Shown: positions 25,809-34,347, numbered from the stretch's first letter. The stretch is DNA of 34,396 bases from Candidatus Nomurabacteria bacterium RIFCSPLOWO2_01_FULL_33_17 (GCA_001786995.1 MFUO01000006.1:1-34396), one strand, 5' to 3'. Made by a program: numbers and translations. Notes: generated by a model not told the origin, from the letters alone.

Positions 25809-25836
25809 AAAAAATCACCTAAAAGGTGATTTTTTT
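25809..25836 (+). terminator. Intrinsic terminator
   Basis: AAAAAATCACCT-AAA-AGGTGATTTTTTT. Confidence 0.8.
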
Positions 25837-25885
25837 GTTATTGTGTGTATTTCAAAATTTTTGATAAAAATGTTATGATAGATTT

Positions 25886-26254
25886 ATGCATGAAATAATA
25901 CAAAAAATAAAATTATACATAAAAGAAAGAGGCTGGTCTGTATTAAAAAATCCTGGGTCAATTGCAAAATCTATTAGTATTGAATCCGCTGAACTTCTAG
26001 AGATTTTTCAATGGGAAGATCTTTCTTTAAAAAAATTAAAATCAGATGAAAAATCTCTACAGAAAATTAAAGAGGAATTAGCTGATGTTTTTATATATGC
26101 TACAGAAATGTCAATTTCTCTTGATTTAGATATTGAAAAGATAATGTTAGAAAAGCTAGAAAAAAATTCAAAAAAATATCCAGCTAATCTTGTGAAAGGG
26201 AATCAAGAGCAATATTTAAAAATAAAAGAAAAACATAGAAAAAATACTCAATAG
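25886..26254 (+). CDS. MazG-like nucleotide pyrophosphohydrolase
   Basis: ERGW, SIESAELLEIFQW, EELADVFIY, KNSKKYP. Confidence 0.9.
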   Translation: MHEIIQKIKLYIKERGWSVLKNPGSIAKSISIESAELLEIFQWEDLSLKKLKSDEKSLQKIKEELADVFIYATEMSISLDLDIEKIMLEKLEKNSKKYPANLVKGNQEQYLKIKEKHRKNTQ

Positions 26255-26255
26255 A

Positions 26256-26280
26256 TTGCATTAGGCAAGGCCTAACGCAA
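26256..26280. repeat. Hairpin between convergent genes with AGGCAAGGCCT core
   Basis: TTGCATTAGGC-AAG-GCCTAACGCAA. Confidence 0.7.
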
Positions 26281-26285
26281 GGGGT

Positions 26286-27029
26286 TTAAAAAAGTTTGTT
26301 TGGTTTTTTAAGGTAGTAGCGCAGGGTATATATCCAATCTTCTTCGGTGTCGTTTTGGCTATTTACTTTTTGTTCCAGTAGCCATTCTAAATATCTAGGG
26401 TCAGTATTGGCAACATCACTAATTTGTTTACCTATATGTTTACCAAATGTAAATGTTTTCATAAGAAAAGGTTCATAAGATATAGTCATCATTTGCTCGG
26501 TTAATTTGTCGCCAGTATTTCCGGTAATTTCACTAACTTTGTCAGACAAATATTTAAATACTGCTTCTAGAATTACAATATCACCCCGTGCATCGTGAGC
26601 GATAGCATCGATATCAACATCATAATAATATCTCAAATATTGTAAATTATATTTAGTCAGTATTCCTTCACGGTCTACAAATCTTGCAATCTTTAATGTA
26701 TCAATATATTGTGTAATTTGAATATTTTCGCGTTTTAGCATCCCAATATCAAATTTGGCATTATGCGCGATAAAAACATTGTTCTTATCGTCATTTATTT
26801 TTTTAAATTCATCCCACAAAACACTGCCCTGAAAAGGTGGCATATTTGCAACCATTTTGTTTGTTATATGACAAACAGCCATTGATTCGACAGACATGGG
26901 AACAGGGGGCTTGAATAGGCCATCCTTTATTTCATTATCAGTAGCTTTCTTCCAAGCAATTTGACATAAATAGTCATCATTTGTATTACCAGTTGTTTCT
27001 GTATCAAAAAAAATGTGGGTGTATTTCAT
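26286..27029 (-). CDS. DEDDh 3'-5' exonuclease (ExoX-like)
   Basis: FFDTETTG, AHNAKFD, IDTL, AHDARGD; C-terminal FGKHIGK...YLEWL; start ATG 27029. Confidence 0.9.
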   Translation of the reverse strand: MKYTHIFFDTETTGNTNDDYLCQIAWKKATDNEIKDGLFKPPVPMSVESMAVCHITNKMVANMPPFQGSVLWDEFKKINDDKNNVFIAHNAKFDIGMLKRENIQITQYIDTLKIARFVDREGILTKYNLQYLRYYYDVDIDAIAHDARGDIVILEAVFKYLSDKVSEITGNTGDKLTEQMMTISYEPFLMKTFTFGKHIGKQISDVANTDPRYLEWLLEQKVNSQNDTEEDWIYTLRYYLKKPNKLF

Positions 27030-27039
27030 ACTAGATATT

Positions 27040-27061
27040 AGTATAACACGCATGCTATACT
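27040..27061. promoter_or_regulatory. Back-to-back extended -10 elements
   Basis: AGTATA-ACACGCATGC-TATACT; reads TGnTATACT on both strands. Confidence 0.6.
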
Positions 27062-27526
27062 ATGGGTATGACTGATATTCACCTGGGGTTAAAACAAGCA
27101 TTACCAGACGCTATGCGAGCCAAAGACACCAATAGGCTTAACGTTATTCGGGGTCTTTTGACCTCTTTTACAAATGAATTGGTTGCAACAGGGTCTACCC
27201 CTCAAAATACGCTAGATGATATCTTATGTGGTAAAGTAATTTTACGAACCATAAAACAACGCCAAGATGCAATAGAACAATTCGAAAAAGCTAATCGACA
27301 AGACTTGGCTGACGAAGATAAAATCCAATTAGAGATTTTACAAGAATTTGCACCAGAGATGGCAAGTATCAATGAGGTTAAAAAAATCGCTGATAGTCTA
27401 AAATTATCTATGGGAATAGAAGATAAAACAAAAATGGGTATGTTAATTGGTGCGGTAAAAAAAGAACTTGGAGACCGCGGGGATGGTGCTCTTATTAAAA
27501 AGGTAGTAGAAGATTTATTTATTTAA
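27062..27526 (+). CDS. GatB/YqeY domain protein
   Basis: AMRAKD..RL, IKQRQDAIEQFEKANRQDLA, MGMLIG; true start may be ATG 27068. Confidence 0.9.
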   Translation: MGMTDIHLGLKQALPDAMRAKDTNRLNVIRGLLTSFTNELVATGSTPQNTLDDILCGKVILRTIKQRQDAIEQFEKANRQDLADEDKIQLEILQEFAPEMASINEVKKIADSLKLSMGIEDKTKMGMLIGAVKKELGDRGDGALIKKVVEDLFI

Positions 27527-27529
27527 TTT

Positions 27530-27871
27530 ATGGTTTTAAAACTCGTTTATCATTGGTTTACTATTTTATTAGCAGTTGGTGCATTGGCACATTTTGTAAC
27601 AGGTGCAACAATTGACAATATATTTACAGCATCTCTTATTGCTGTATTTTTAACTATTGTTCATGTTTTAATAAAACCAATTTGTACTGCATTTCATATT
27701 CCAATTAATTTAATTTCATTAGCAATTGTAGCTGTTATTTTTAATACATTGGCTTTGTGGGCACTGGGGTCATTGATTGATGGTTTTGTAATCTCGTCAA
27801 TCTCTTCAGCAGTTTTAGGAGCAATAATTTTGTCAATTTTAGCTTGGTTTAATAATCGAATGGTTAGTTAA
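27530..27871 (+). CDS. YvlD-like 4-TM membrane protein (phage holin superfamily IV annotation)
   Basis: LIKPI...PINLISL...N..L...IDGF pattern. Confidence 0.75.
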   Translation: MVLKLVYHWFTILLAVGALAHFVTGATIDNIFTASLIAVFLTIVHVLIKPICTAFHIPINLISLAIVAVIFNTLALWALGSLIDGFVISSISSAVLGAIILSILAWFNNRMVS

Positions 27872-27873
27872 TA

Positions 27874-28734
27874 ATGGATAAAGATTTAGAAATAAAGACA
27901 GATATTGTTGTAATCTATCACGCTAAATGCAGTGATGGATTTGGTGGTGCATGGGTAGCTTGGAAAAAGTTTGGTGATAATGCTACATATATTCCGGCAA
28001 CAGATAGGGAACATTATGATTTTAATCTTGATGGTAAAGAAGTTTATATCATTGATTATTCTTATCCACAAGATGTTTTGTTGGAATTAGAAAAGAAAGC
28101 AAAAAAATTAGTAATTATTGATCATCATATTTCCGCAAAAGATTCGGTTACATCTGTCGCAGAACATGTTTTTGATATAAATAATTCGGCTGCATATTTG
28201 ACTTGGAAATTTTTTTCCCCAAATGTTCCTGTTCCTAAATTAATAGATTATATTGAAGATGGGGATTTGTACCGATTTTTACTTTTAGATGCTCGACCAG
28301 TGATTGCTTATATTCATACTATGCCTTTTGATTTTGTTGCATATTCTAAAATTGCAGGAGATCTTGAAACTACTGATGGCTATATGAAAATTCTTGAACA
28401 AGGGACATTGCTTCGTACTGTACACGAGCGTCAAGTTGAATATTTTGCTGATAGGGCCGAGCTTGTAGAATTTGAAGGATACAAAGTGTATGCCGTAAAT
28501 GCCAACAATATTGTTGCCAGTGATTTGGGTCATGTTTTGTCTAAAAAGCAGGGTCCTTTTGCTATAATTTTTAATTATGAAGATTTAGCTTGGAAATGTT
28601 CATTACGGGGTGATGGGACGGTAGATGTGTCAGAAATTGCAGGTAAATATGGTGGCGGTGGGCATCACAATGCTAGTGGTTTTATAATAAAAATCGATTC
28701 TCATCCATTAACAGTATTTAAGAAAATAGATTAA
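27874..28734 (+). CDS. DHH/DHHA1 family phosphoesterase
   Basis: YHAKCSDG, IIDYS, IDHH, SLR...DVSEIA..YGGGGHHNASGF. Confidence 0.92.
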   Translation: MDKDLEIKTDIVVIYHAKCSDGFGGAWVAWKKFGDNATYIPATDREHYDFNLDGKEVYIIDYSYPQDVLLELEKKAKKLVIIDHHISAKDSVTSVAEHVFDINNSAAYLTWKFFSPNVPVPKLIDYIEDGDLYRFLLLDARPVIAYIHTMPFDFVAYSKIAGDLETTDGYMKILEQGTLLRTVHERQVEYFADRAELVEFEGYKVYAVNANNIVASDLGHVLSKKQGPFAIIFNYEDLAWKCSLRGDGTVDVSEIAGKYGGGGHHNASGFIIKIDSHPLTVFKKID

Positions 28735-28737
28735 GAT

Positions 28738-29715
28738 ATGGCATTAACTGATGAATTAAAATTTATAGCAAAAGCCGGAGATGGTGGAAACGGTGTTGTT
28801 CGTTGGCGTCAAGAAAAATTCATTGCCCGTGGTGGACCGAATGGCGGTGATGGTGGCTGGGGTGGAAATATATATGTAACAGCAACAAGAGATACAAATA
28901 TTTTAGGAACTTATAAAAAATCTCAAAAAAAGTTTACCGCAGGGAACGGTAAATCTGGAGAAGGCCAAAGTAAACATGGTAAAAATGGAAATGATATAGA
29001 AATTCCATTACCTGTTGGGTCTGTGATTACAAATATCAAAACTGGTGAATCCTTTGAAATTCTAAAAGATACTGATCGTTTTATGATTTTAGCTGGGGGT
29101 AAAGGAGGATTTGGAAATGAACATTTTAAAAGTTCTTTAAAAGTATCGCCACTGGAAGCTACAGATGGTAAATCAGGTGAGCAGGGTGAATTTTTTGTAG
29201 AACTTAAAATAATTGCTGATATTGGATTAGTTGGATATCCTAATTCCGGTAAAAGCTCTTTGTTGAATATTTTAACAAATTCAAAATCAAAAGTTGGGAA
29301 TTATGACTTTACTACATTAGAGCCTCATTTGGGTATTTATCATGGTTATATTATTGCTGATATTCCAGGGCTTATCGAAGGTGCAAATATTGGTCGCGGA
29401 TTAGGGTCTAAATTTTTGAAACATATTTCTCGAACAAATATGATCGTACATCTTGTATCCGCTGAAAATGAAAATGTAGCAAAAGCTTATAAAACAATTC
29501 GATCTGAACTTGCAGATTATGGAAGTGGTTTAAAAGATAAGACTGAAATTGTTGTTTTATCTAAAAGTGATACTGTTGATACAAAAAGTGTTGAAAAGAA
29601 AAAGAAAGATTTGGAAAAAGTTTGTAAATCTATAGTTTTTGTCTTATCTTTATATGATGATAAAAGTCTTAAAATATTTGCCGATGCCATTATTAAATCT
29701 CTTAAAAATAAATAA
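28738..29715 (+). CDS. obgE: GTPase ObgE
   Basis: Gly-rich Obg fold, GYPNSGKSS, FTTLEP, DIPGLIEGA, SKSD. Confidence 0.96.
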   Translation: MALTDELKFIAKAGDGGNGVVRWRQEKFIARGGPNGGDGGWGGNIYVTATRDTNILGTYKKSQKKFTAGNGKSGEGQSKHGKNGNDIEIPLPVGSVITNIKTGESFEILKDTDRFMILAGGKGGFGNEHFKSSLKVSPLEATDGKSGEQGEFFVELKIIADIGLVGYPNSGKSSLLNILTNSKSKVGNYDFTTLEPHLGIYHGYIIADIPGLIEGANIGRGLGSKFLKHISRTNMIVHLVSAENENVAKAYKTIRSELADYGSGLKDKTEIVVLSKSDTVDTKSVEKKKKDLEKVCKSIVFVLSLYDDKSLKIFADAIIKSLKNK

Positions 29716-29734
29716 TTTCTGATATACTAATTTT

Positions 29735-31171
29735 ATGGAAACTAAAAGACCATATTATGTAACAATTGGACTCGAAATTCATGTCGAGCTTAAAACCAAT
29801 ACCAAAGCATTTTGTAGTTGTAAAAATGAGTCTATTGTAATTGGACAAGAAGACCTACCAAATACAAATGTATGCCCTGTATGTACAGGACAGCCTGGGA
29901 CATTGCCAGTATTAAACAAAGCCGCAGTCGACCATATGGTAAGAGTTGGTCTTGCAATAGGGGCCGAGATTGCAGATTTTACAGAATTTGATAGGAAGAA
30001 TTATTTTTATCCTGATATTCCCAAAGCTTATCAAATATCGCAATATAAATTCCCAATAGTCTCAGGGGGTAAACTTGCCCGAATTGATATAACTCGTGTT
30101 CATTTAGAAGAAGATACAGCAACATCTAGTCACGACACAGGTGGGTATTCTTTGATCAATTATAACCGTGCTGGAGTACCTTTGATGGAACTTGTTACTG
30201 AACCTTTGATACGAGATACGGAAACAATAGTTGTCTTTGCAAAAGAATTACAATTATTACTTCGAACATTAGGGGCTAGTGATGCAAATATGGAGCGTGG
30301 TCAAATGCGTGTAGAAGTCAATGTTTCTATTTCACCTGACCGTGATAAACCATGGCCTAAATATGTAGAAGTTAAAAATATTAATTCATTTCAAGCTGCA
30401 AAAAAAGCCGCCGAATATGAGATTAGTCGGATGACAGATTTGTGGGAAAATGGTCGTGAAAATGAAATTATCAAAGAAACTCGTGGTTGGGATGAAAATA
30501 AACAAATAACAATTTCGCAAAGGTCTAAAGAAAATGCTGAAGATTACAGGTATTTCCCGGAACCTGATTTACCAAAACTTTATTTGCATTCTATGTATGA
30601 TTTAGATGAAGTAAAAAATAGTTTACCTGAACTACCTTGGCAAATGAGAGAAAGATATAAAAAAGATTTTGATATTAAAGACAGTGATATAGAAATTTTT
30701 GTAAATGAGCAAGTCATGAGAGATTTTTTTGAAGCTATTGTAACCGAAATTCATGATAAAAATAGTATTCAATTAGCTTCAAACTATATTACATCTGATT
30801 TAGCAGGTATAATGAAGACTGATAAAGATGCATTACTACCAACCCCAGAAGATTTTGCCGAATTAATGAAAATGGCACAAGAGGGGGAATTATCGAGTCG
30901 CGGTGTAAAAGATATTTTATTTGTCATGGTTAAGACTCCTATTAAACCCAAAGACTATGCGACAGAGCATGATTTGATTCAAAAAAATGATCCGGAATTT
31001 TTAAAAAATCTGGCACAAAAATTGATCAGTGAAAATCCTGATGTTGTAGCTTCTTATAAAAGTGGTAAAGAAAATGCAATTATGTCTCTTGTTGGTAAAA
31101 TAATGAAAGAATCCGGTGGCAGTGCTAACCCCCAAATGGCGAAAGATATATTATTAGAATTATTAAAGTAA
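29735..31171 (+). CDS. gatB: Asp/Glu-tRNA amidotransferase subunit B
   Basis: IGLEIH, FDRKNYFYPD, HLEED, NRAGVPLMELVTEP, DYRYFPEPDLP. Confidence 0.97.
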   Translation: METKRPYYVTIGLEIHVELKTNTKAFCSCKNESIVIGQEDLPNTNVCPVCTGQPGTLPVLNKAAVDHMVRVGLAIGAEIADFTEFDRKNYFYPDIPKAYQISQYKFPIVSGGKLARIDITRVHLEEDTATSSHDTGGYSLINYNRAGVPLMELVTEPLIRDTETIVVFAKELQLLLRTLGASDANMERGQMRVEVNVSISPDRDKPWPKYVEVKNINSFQAAKKAAEYEISRMTDLWENGRENEIIKETRGWDENKQITISQRSKENAEDYRYFPEPDLPKLYLHSMYDLDEVKNSLPELPWQMRERYKKDFDIKDSDIEIFVNEQVMRDFFEAIVTEIHDKNSIQLASNYITSDLAGIMKTDKDALLPTPEDFAELMKMAQEGELSSRGVKDILFVMVKTPIKPKDYATEHDLIQKNDPEFLKNLAQKLISENPDVVASYKSGKENAIMSLVGKIMKESGGSANPQMAKDILLELLK

Positions 31172-31181
31172 AAATAATGGT

Positions 31182-31409
31182 ATGGAAATAAAACCAGGAC
31201 AAATTTACAAACATTTTAAAGGTGATACTTATAAAATTCTTAGTTTAGCGAAACATACAGAAACTGAAGAATGGATGATAATTTATGAAAGACAGACTGA
31301 TATTGTTCATACTGGTTGGCGTGTTTGGGCACGACCCGAGAATATGTTTTTTGAATATATTGAAAAAGATGGTTATAATGGCCCTAGGTTTGAATATATT
31401 AGTGGATAA
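31182..31409 (+). CDS. DUF1653 family protein
   Basis: PGQIYKHFKG..Y, AKHTET, WARP..MF, RF. Confidence 0.88.
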   Translation: MEIKPGQIYKHFKGDTYKILSLAKHTETEEWMIIYERQTDIVHTGWRVWARPENMFFEYIEKDGYNGPRFEYISG

Positions 31410-31426
31410 ATGATATAATACAATAT

Positions 31427-32455
31427 ATGAATGAAAAACAGATTAAAGTTGCGATAAATGGTTTTGGGCGAATAGGGCGGGCGTTTTTAAAAATTGCGCA
31501 GGATCGGCCTGAATTAGAGGTGGTGGTGGTAAATGACTTGGGCAGTATTGATAATATGGCCTACCTTTTGCAATACGACACTGTGTACCATAAATGGGGG
31601 CATGATGTGACATTTGATGAACATGACATTATAGTTGATGGGCGAAAGGTTAAGGTAATATCTGAAAAAGATATCAGTAAACTACCTTGGAAAGAATTAG
31701 ATATTGATGTAGTGGTGGAATCAACAGGCTTGTTTACTTCATACGACAAAGCAAAATTTCATTTAGATTGTGGTGCAAAAAAAGTTGTAATTTCAGCTCC
31801 CGCCAAAGATGAAATAGGTGGCGGAATCGCTGAAACTATTTTAATGAGTGTGAATGAAGACAAATTTGGCACATGTGATATTACCAGTAATGCATCATGT
31901 ACAACAAATGCAGCCAGCCCTATAATTGGCATAATGCACGAAACAATTGGTATACAAAAAGCCATTTTAAATACAGTGCATGGTTATACAGCAACTCAGT
32001 CACTGGTAGATGGTCCAAACAAAAAGGATTTACGCGAAGGCCGAGCCGCCGCCCAAAACATTGTACCGTCTTCAACAGGCGCTGCAATTGCTGTAACCAA
32101 AGCCTTCCCCGAATTAGACAATTTATTTGATGGAATTTCCATTCGTGTACCTGTACCAGCAGGGTCAATTGTCGACATTACATTTATTGCAAACCGTGAT
32201 ACAACAGCCGATGAGGTAAATGAAATTTTAAAAAATGCATCTCTGGATACTCACTGGAGTAAAGTTTTTGCTGTTACCGACGAACCACTTGTTTCATCTG
32301 ACATTCTTGGTAACTCACATGCATCTATCGCTGACCTTGCACTAACACGAGTTGTAGGCGGTAATTTAGTAAAAATCATGGGTTGGTACGACAACGAAAT
32401 GGGGTATACGAGTACTCTGGTGGAGCATGTTATTAAAACAGGGGAGACTATTTAG
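31427..32455 (+). CDS. gap: Glyceraldehyde-3-phosphate dehydrogenase, type I
   Basis: INGFGRIGR, SNASCTTN, STGAA, RVP, WYDNE. Confidence 0.97.
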   Translation: MNEKQIKVAINGFGRIGRAFLKIAQDRPELEVVVVNDLGSIDNMAYLLQYDTVYHKWGHDVTFDEHDIIVDGRKVKVISEKDISKLPWKELDIDVVVESTGLFTSYDKAKFHLDCGAKKVVISAPAKDEIGGGIAETILMSVNEDKFGTCDITSNASCTTNAASPIIGIMHETIGIQKAILNTVHGYTATQSLVDGPNKKDLREGRAAAQNIVPSSTGAAIAVTKAFPELDNLFDGISIRVPVPAGSIVDITFIANRDTTADEVNEILKNASLDTHWSKVFAVTDEPLVSSDILGNSHASIADLALTRVVGGNLVKIMGWYDNEMGYTSTLVEHVIKTGETI

Positions 32456-32469
32456 TAATTTTTTCTAAT

Positions 32470-32745
32470 ATGATATACAAAAAAATATTCTATGTGTTTT
32501 TAGTTTTAATTCTTATTTTTTTTATTGCTTTGCAGAAAAAAGTTAATTTACATAATAATGGTTCTAGTTTTTGTTATCTTGATAAAAAAACTGATTATAT
32601 AAAAGAAGATGGTATTAATAAAGCATATCAAAATGATTATCTAGTTATTGAATCAAAAGGTATTCGTAATTACATTATTCCTTATTCACACACAACTTAC
32701 ATTTTAAATTCAGAAGGAAAATTTACTTGTGAAGATATAAAATAA
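32470..32745 (+). CDS. Small hypothetical exported protein
   Basis: N-terminal hydrophobic helix, two Cys; very AT-rich. Confidence 0.55.
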   Translation: MIYKKIFYVFLVLILIFFIALQKKVNLHNNGSSFCYLDKKTDYIKEDGINKAYQNDYLVIESKGIRNYIIPYSHTTYILNSEGKFTCEDIK

Positions 32746-32760
32746 TATCTTTCAAAAAAC

Positions 32761-32788
32761 ATTCTCACATTCTGCAGAATGTGAGAAT
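32761..32788. repeat. CTGCAG-centred palindrome, copy 1
   Basis: ATTCTCACATTCTG|CAGAATGTGAGAAT, perfect. Confidence 0.92.
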
Positions 32789-32844
32789 CTTTTTAAGACT
32801 CTAAAACACTATAATTTTTTGTTGTTTTGTAATATAATTTATTT

Positions 32845-33114
32845 ATGAAAACGGCGAAGCAAATGGAAAGGCATTTTAAGGGTTTGGCCAATCATTGGCG
32901 AATTAGTATTTTGATTTTGGTTGGTAAAAAATCCGGTATAACTTTAGATCAAATTACCAACGAACTTAATGCAAATTTTAAAACTATTTCCGAGCATACT
33001 CGTAAACTTGCTCAGTCTGGGCTTTTGAATAAGAAATACCAAGGTCGAAATGTAGTCCACTCACTTTCACCATATGGCGAAAAGTTGGTTGAGTTTATCA
33101 AATCCTTCAAATAA
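32845..33114 (+). CDS. ArsR-like winged-helix DNA-binding protein
   Basis: [37 protein letters not shown]; no Cys. Confidence 0.88.
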   Translation: MKTAKQMERHFKGLANHWRISILILVGKKSGITLDQITNELNANFKTISEHTRKLAQSGLLNKKYQGRNVVHSLSPYGEKLVEFIKSFK

Positions 33115-33149
33115 ACATTCTCACATTCTGCAGAATATGAGAATGTTTA
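33112..33149. repeat. CTGCAG-centred palindrome, copy 2
   Basis: TAAACATTCTCACATTCTG|CAGAATATGAGAATGTTTA, one mismatch; starts at the wHTH stop codon. Confidence 0.92.
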
Positions 33150-33157
33150 AAAATAAT

Positions 33158-33547
33158 ATGCAGTTAAATAATTTAACCGAAGAAGAAAAAAGGGTGATAA
33201 TTGATAAAGGTACTGAGGCACCTTTTGTGGGTGAGTATGTAAACACGACTGCTCATGGTGTGTATGTTTGCCTGCAATGCAATGCACCGCTTTATAATTC
33301 AAAAGATAAATTTGAAAGTACTTGTGGTTGGCCAAGCTTCGATAATGAAATTGCAGGTGCAGTAAAACGCACATTAGATGCCCGCCCGACCGAGTCATTC
33401 GGGCGGGCCGATGGATCAAGGACTGAAATTACTTGTGCAAATTGTGGTGGGCATCTAGGTCATGTATTTGAAGGCGAAATGCTAACCGACAAAAATATTC
33501 GTCACTGTGTAAATTCAATATCATTAAAATTTATTGAAGGGAAATAA
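33158..33547 (+). CDS. msrB: Methionine-R-sulfoxide reductase
   Basis: [44 protein letters not shown]; start ATG 33158. Confidence 0.95.
   Translation: MQLNNLTEEEKRVIIDKGTEAPFVGEYVNTTAHGVYVCLQCNAPLYNSKDKFESTCGWPSFDNEIAGAVKRTLDARPTESFGRADGSRTEITCANCGGHLGHVFEGEMLTDKNIRHCVNSISLKFIEGK
33380..33408. repeat. Intragenic GC-rich palindrome in msrB
   Basis: GCCCGCCCGA-CCGAGTCAT-TCGGGCGGGC, read in frame as [10 protein letters not shown]. Confidence 0.85.
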
Positions 33548-33548
33548 T

Positions 33549-33926
33549 ATGCAATTTTTAATACATTATTTAATCGGTTTGGTTTTGGGGTTCATTTTGG
33601 AATTTATTTATCGATCTGTAGAATCCAAACGTTTTATTAAGCCACTTTTTATAAATTTGCAAATGTATGGATTTAGTACAGCCTTTTTATACTTTTTGTC
33701 GTTATTTAATTTACCAATTTATTTTTTAATATTATTTATTTTGATTTTTACTACGGGAATCGAATTTGTAATTGGCTACATATATTTAAAATATAATAAT
33801 ATAATGCTTTGGGATTATTCAAGAGAATATTTAAATTATAAAGGTTTAATTTGTCTAAAATTTTCGATTGCTTGGGTAATACTCTCATTGATTTACTATT
33901 ATTTTATAATGCCTATCTTTTTATGA
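33549..33926 (+). CDS. Membrane protein, CmpB/TMEM229-like
   Basis: GFILE, MYG, TGIEFVIG, LWDYS...NYKGLICL. Confidence 0.8.
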   Translation: MQFLIHYLIGLVLGFILEFIYRSVESKRFIKPLFINLQMYGFSTAFLYFLSLFNLPIYFLILFILIFTTGIEFVIGYIYLKYNNIMLWDYSREYLNYKGLICLKFSIAWVILSLIYYYFIMPIFL

Positions 33927-33931
33927 CTTGT

Positions 33932-33971
33932 ATAAACATTCTCATATTCTGCAGAATATTGGAATGTTTAT
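33932..33971. repeat. CTGCAG-centred palindrome, copy 3
   Basis: ATAAACATTCTCATATTCTG|CAGAATATTGGAATGTTTAT. Confidence 0.9.
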
Positions 33972-34003
33972 TTAGGGGGGATTTTTATGGTAAAGTAAGT
34001 TGT

Positions 34004-34330
34004 ATGAAAAAGGTTTTGGTGAAAAAAAATTTAGGAAAAAAGGTGAAAAAAATTAAAAAATATAAATTGACATTAAAGGTATGGAAATGGCCCGGAGATG
34101 GAGCTTGGCATTTTGTGACATTGCCAAAAAATCTTTATACGGAAATTCGGGGAATACACGGCAAGGGTATGGTGCCTATTCGGACAACTGTCTACAAAAC
34201 TACTTGGGATAATTCTCTTTTTCCACACACACAATCCCAAAGTTACATCCTCGCTATCCGCAAATCCGTCCGCAATGCCGAAGGCATTTTTGAAGGGGAT
34301 GAGATACCAGTCTCGTTTGTGTTGAGGTAG
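34004..34330 (+). CDS. DUF1905 family protein
   Basis: VWKWPGDGAWHFVTLP, TTWDNSLFP, YILAIRKSVRNAEGI; start ATG 34004. Confidence 0.8.
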   Translation: MKKVLVKKNLGKKVKKIKKYKLTLKVWKWPGDGAWHFVTLPKNLYTEIRGIHGKGMVPIRTTVYKTTWDNSLFPHTQSQSYILAIRKSVRNAEGIFEGDEIPVSFVLR

Positions 34331-34347
34331 GTATTATATAACCTACC
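34326..34347. terminator. Hairpin after the DUF1905 gene
   Basis: GGTAGGT-ATTATATA-ACCTACC. Confidence 0.5.

Noticed and set aside
25591..25878. Ile-rich 95-aa ORF
   Set aside because: Alternate-frame reading of the TAT/AAT repeats of the Tyr/Asn-rich gene; it runs through a terminator.
27530..27871. Prophage lysis gene
   Set aside because: YvlD-like membrane proteins are common chromosomal genes and the neighbours are housekeeping.
33074..33157. N-terminal extensions of msrB, DUF1905 (33851) and the ABC transporter (13888)
   Set aside because: They translate through intergenic palindromes or upstream genes; downstream ATGs fit the family and promoter spacing better.
2576..33419. Short antisense or alternate-frame ORFs overlapping known genes (e.g. 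2576-2806, 4755-4985, 6554-6931, 7223-7576, 14685-15182, 17745-18059, 31561-32178, 33147-33419)
   Set aside because: Shadows of well-supported genes, with no motifs or independent expression signals.
19813..33926. Alternative genetic code (TGA as Gly, as in Gracilibacteria/Absconditabacteria)
   Set aside because: Core genes are full-length under the standard code, and TGA ends scpA in an ATGA overlap with scpB.
32761..33971. CRISPR array from the three palindromic repeats
   Set aside because: Spacers are about 320 and 780 bp and contain whole genes; no cas genes.
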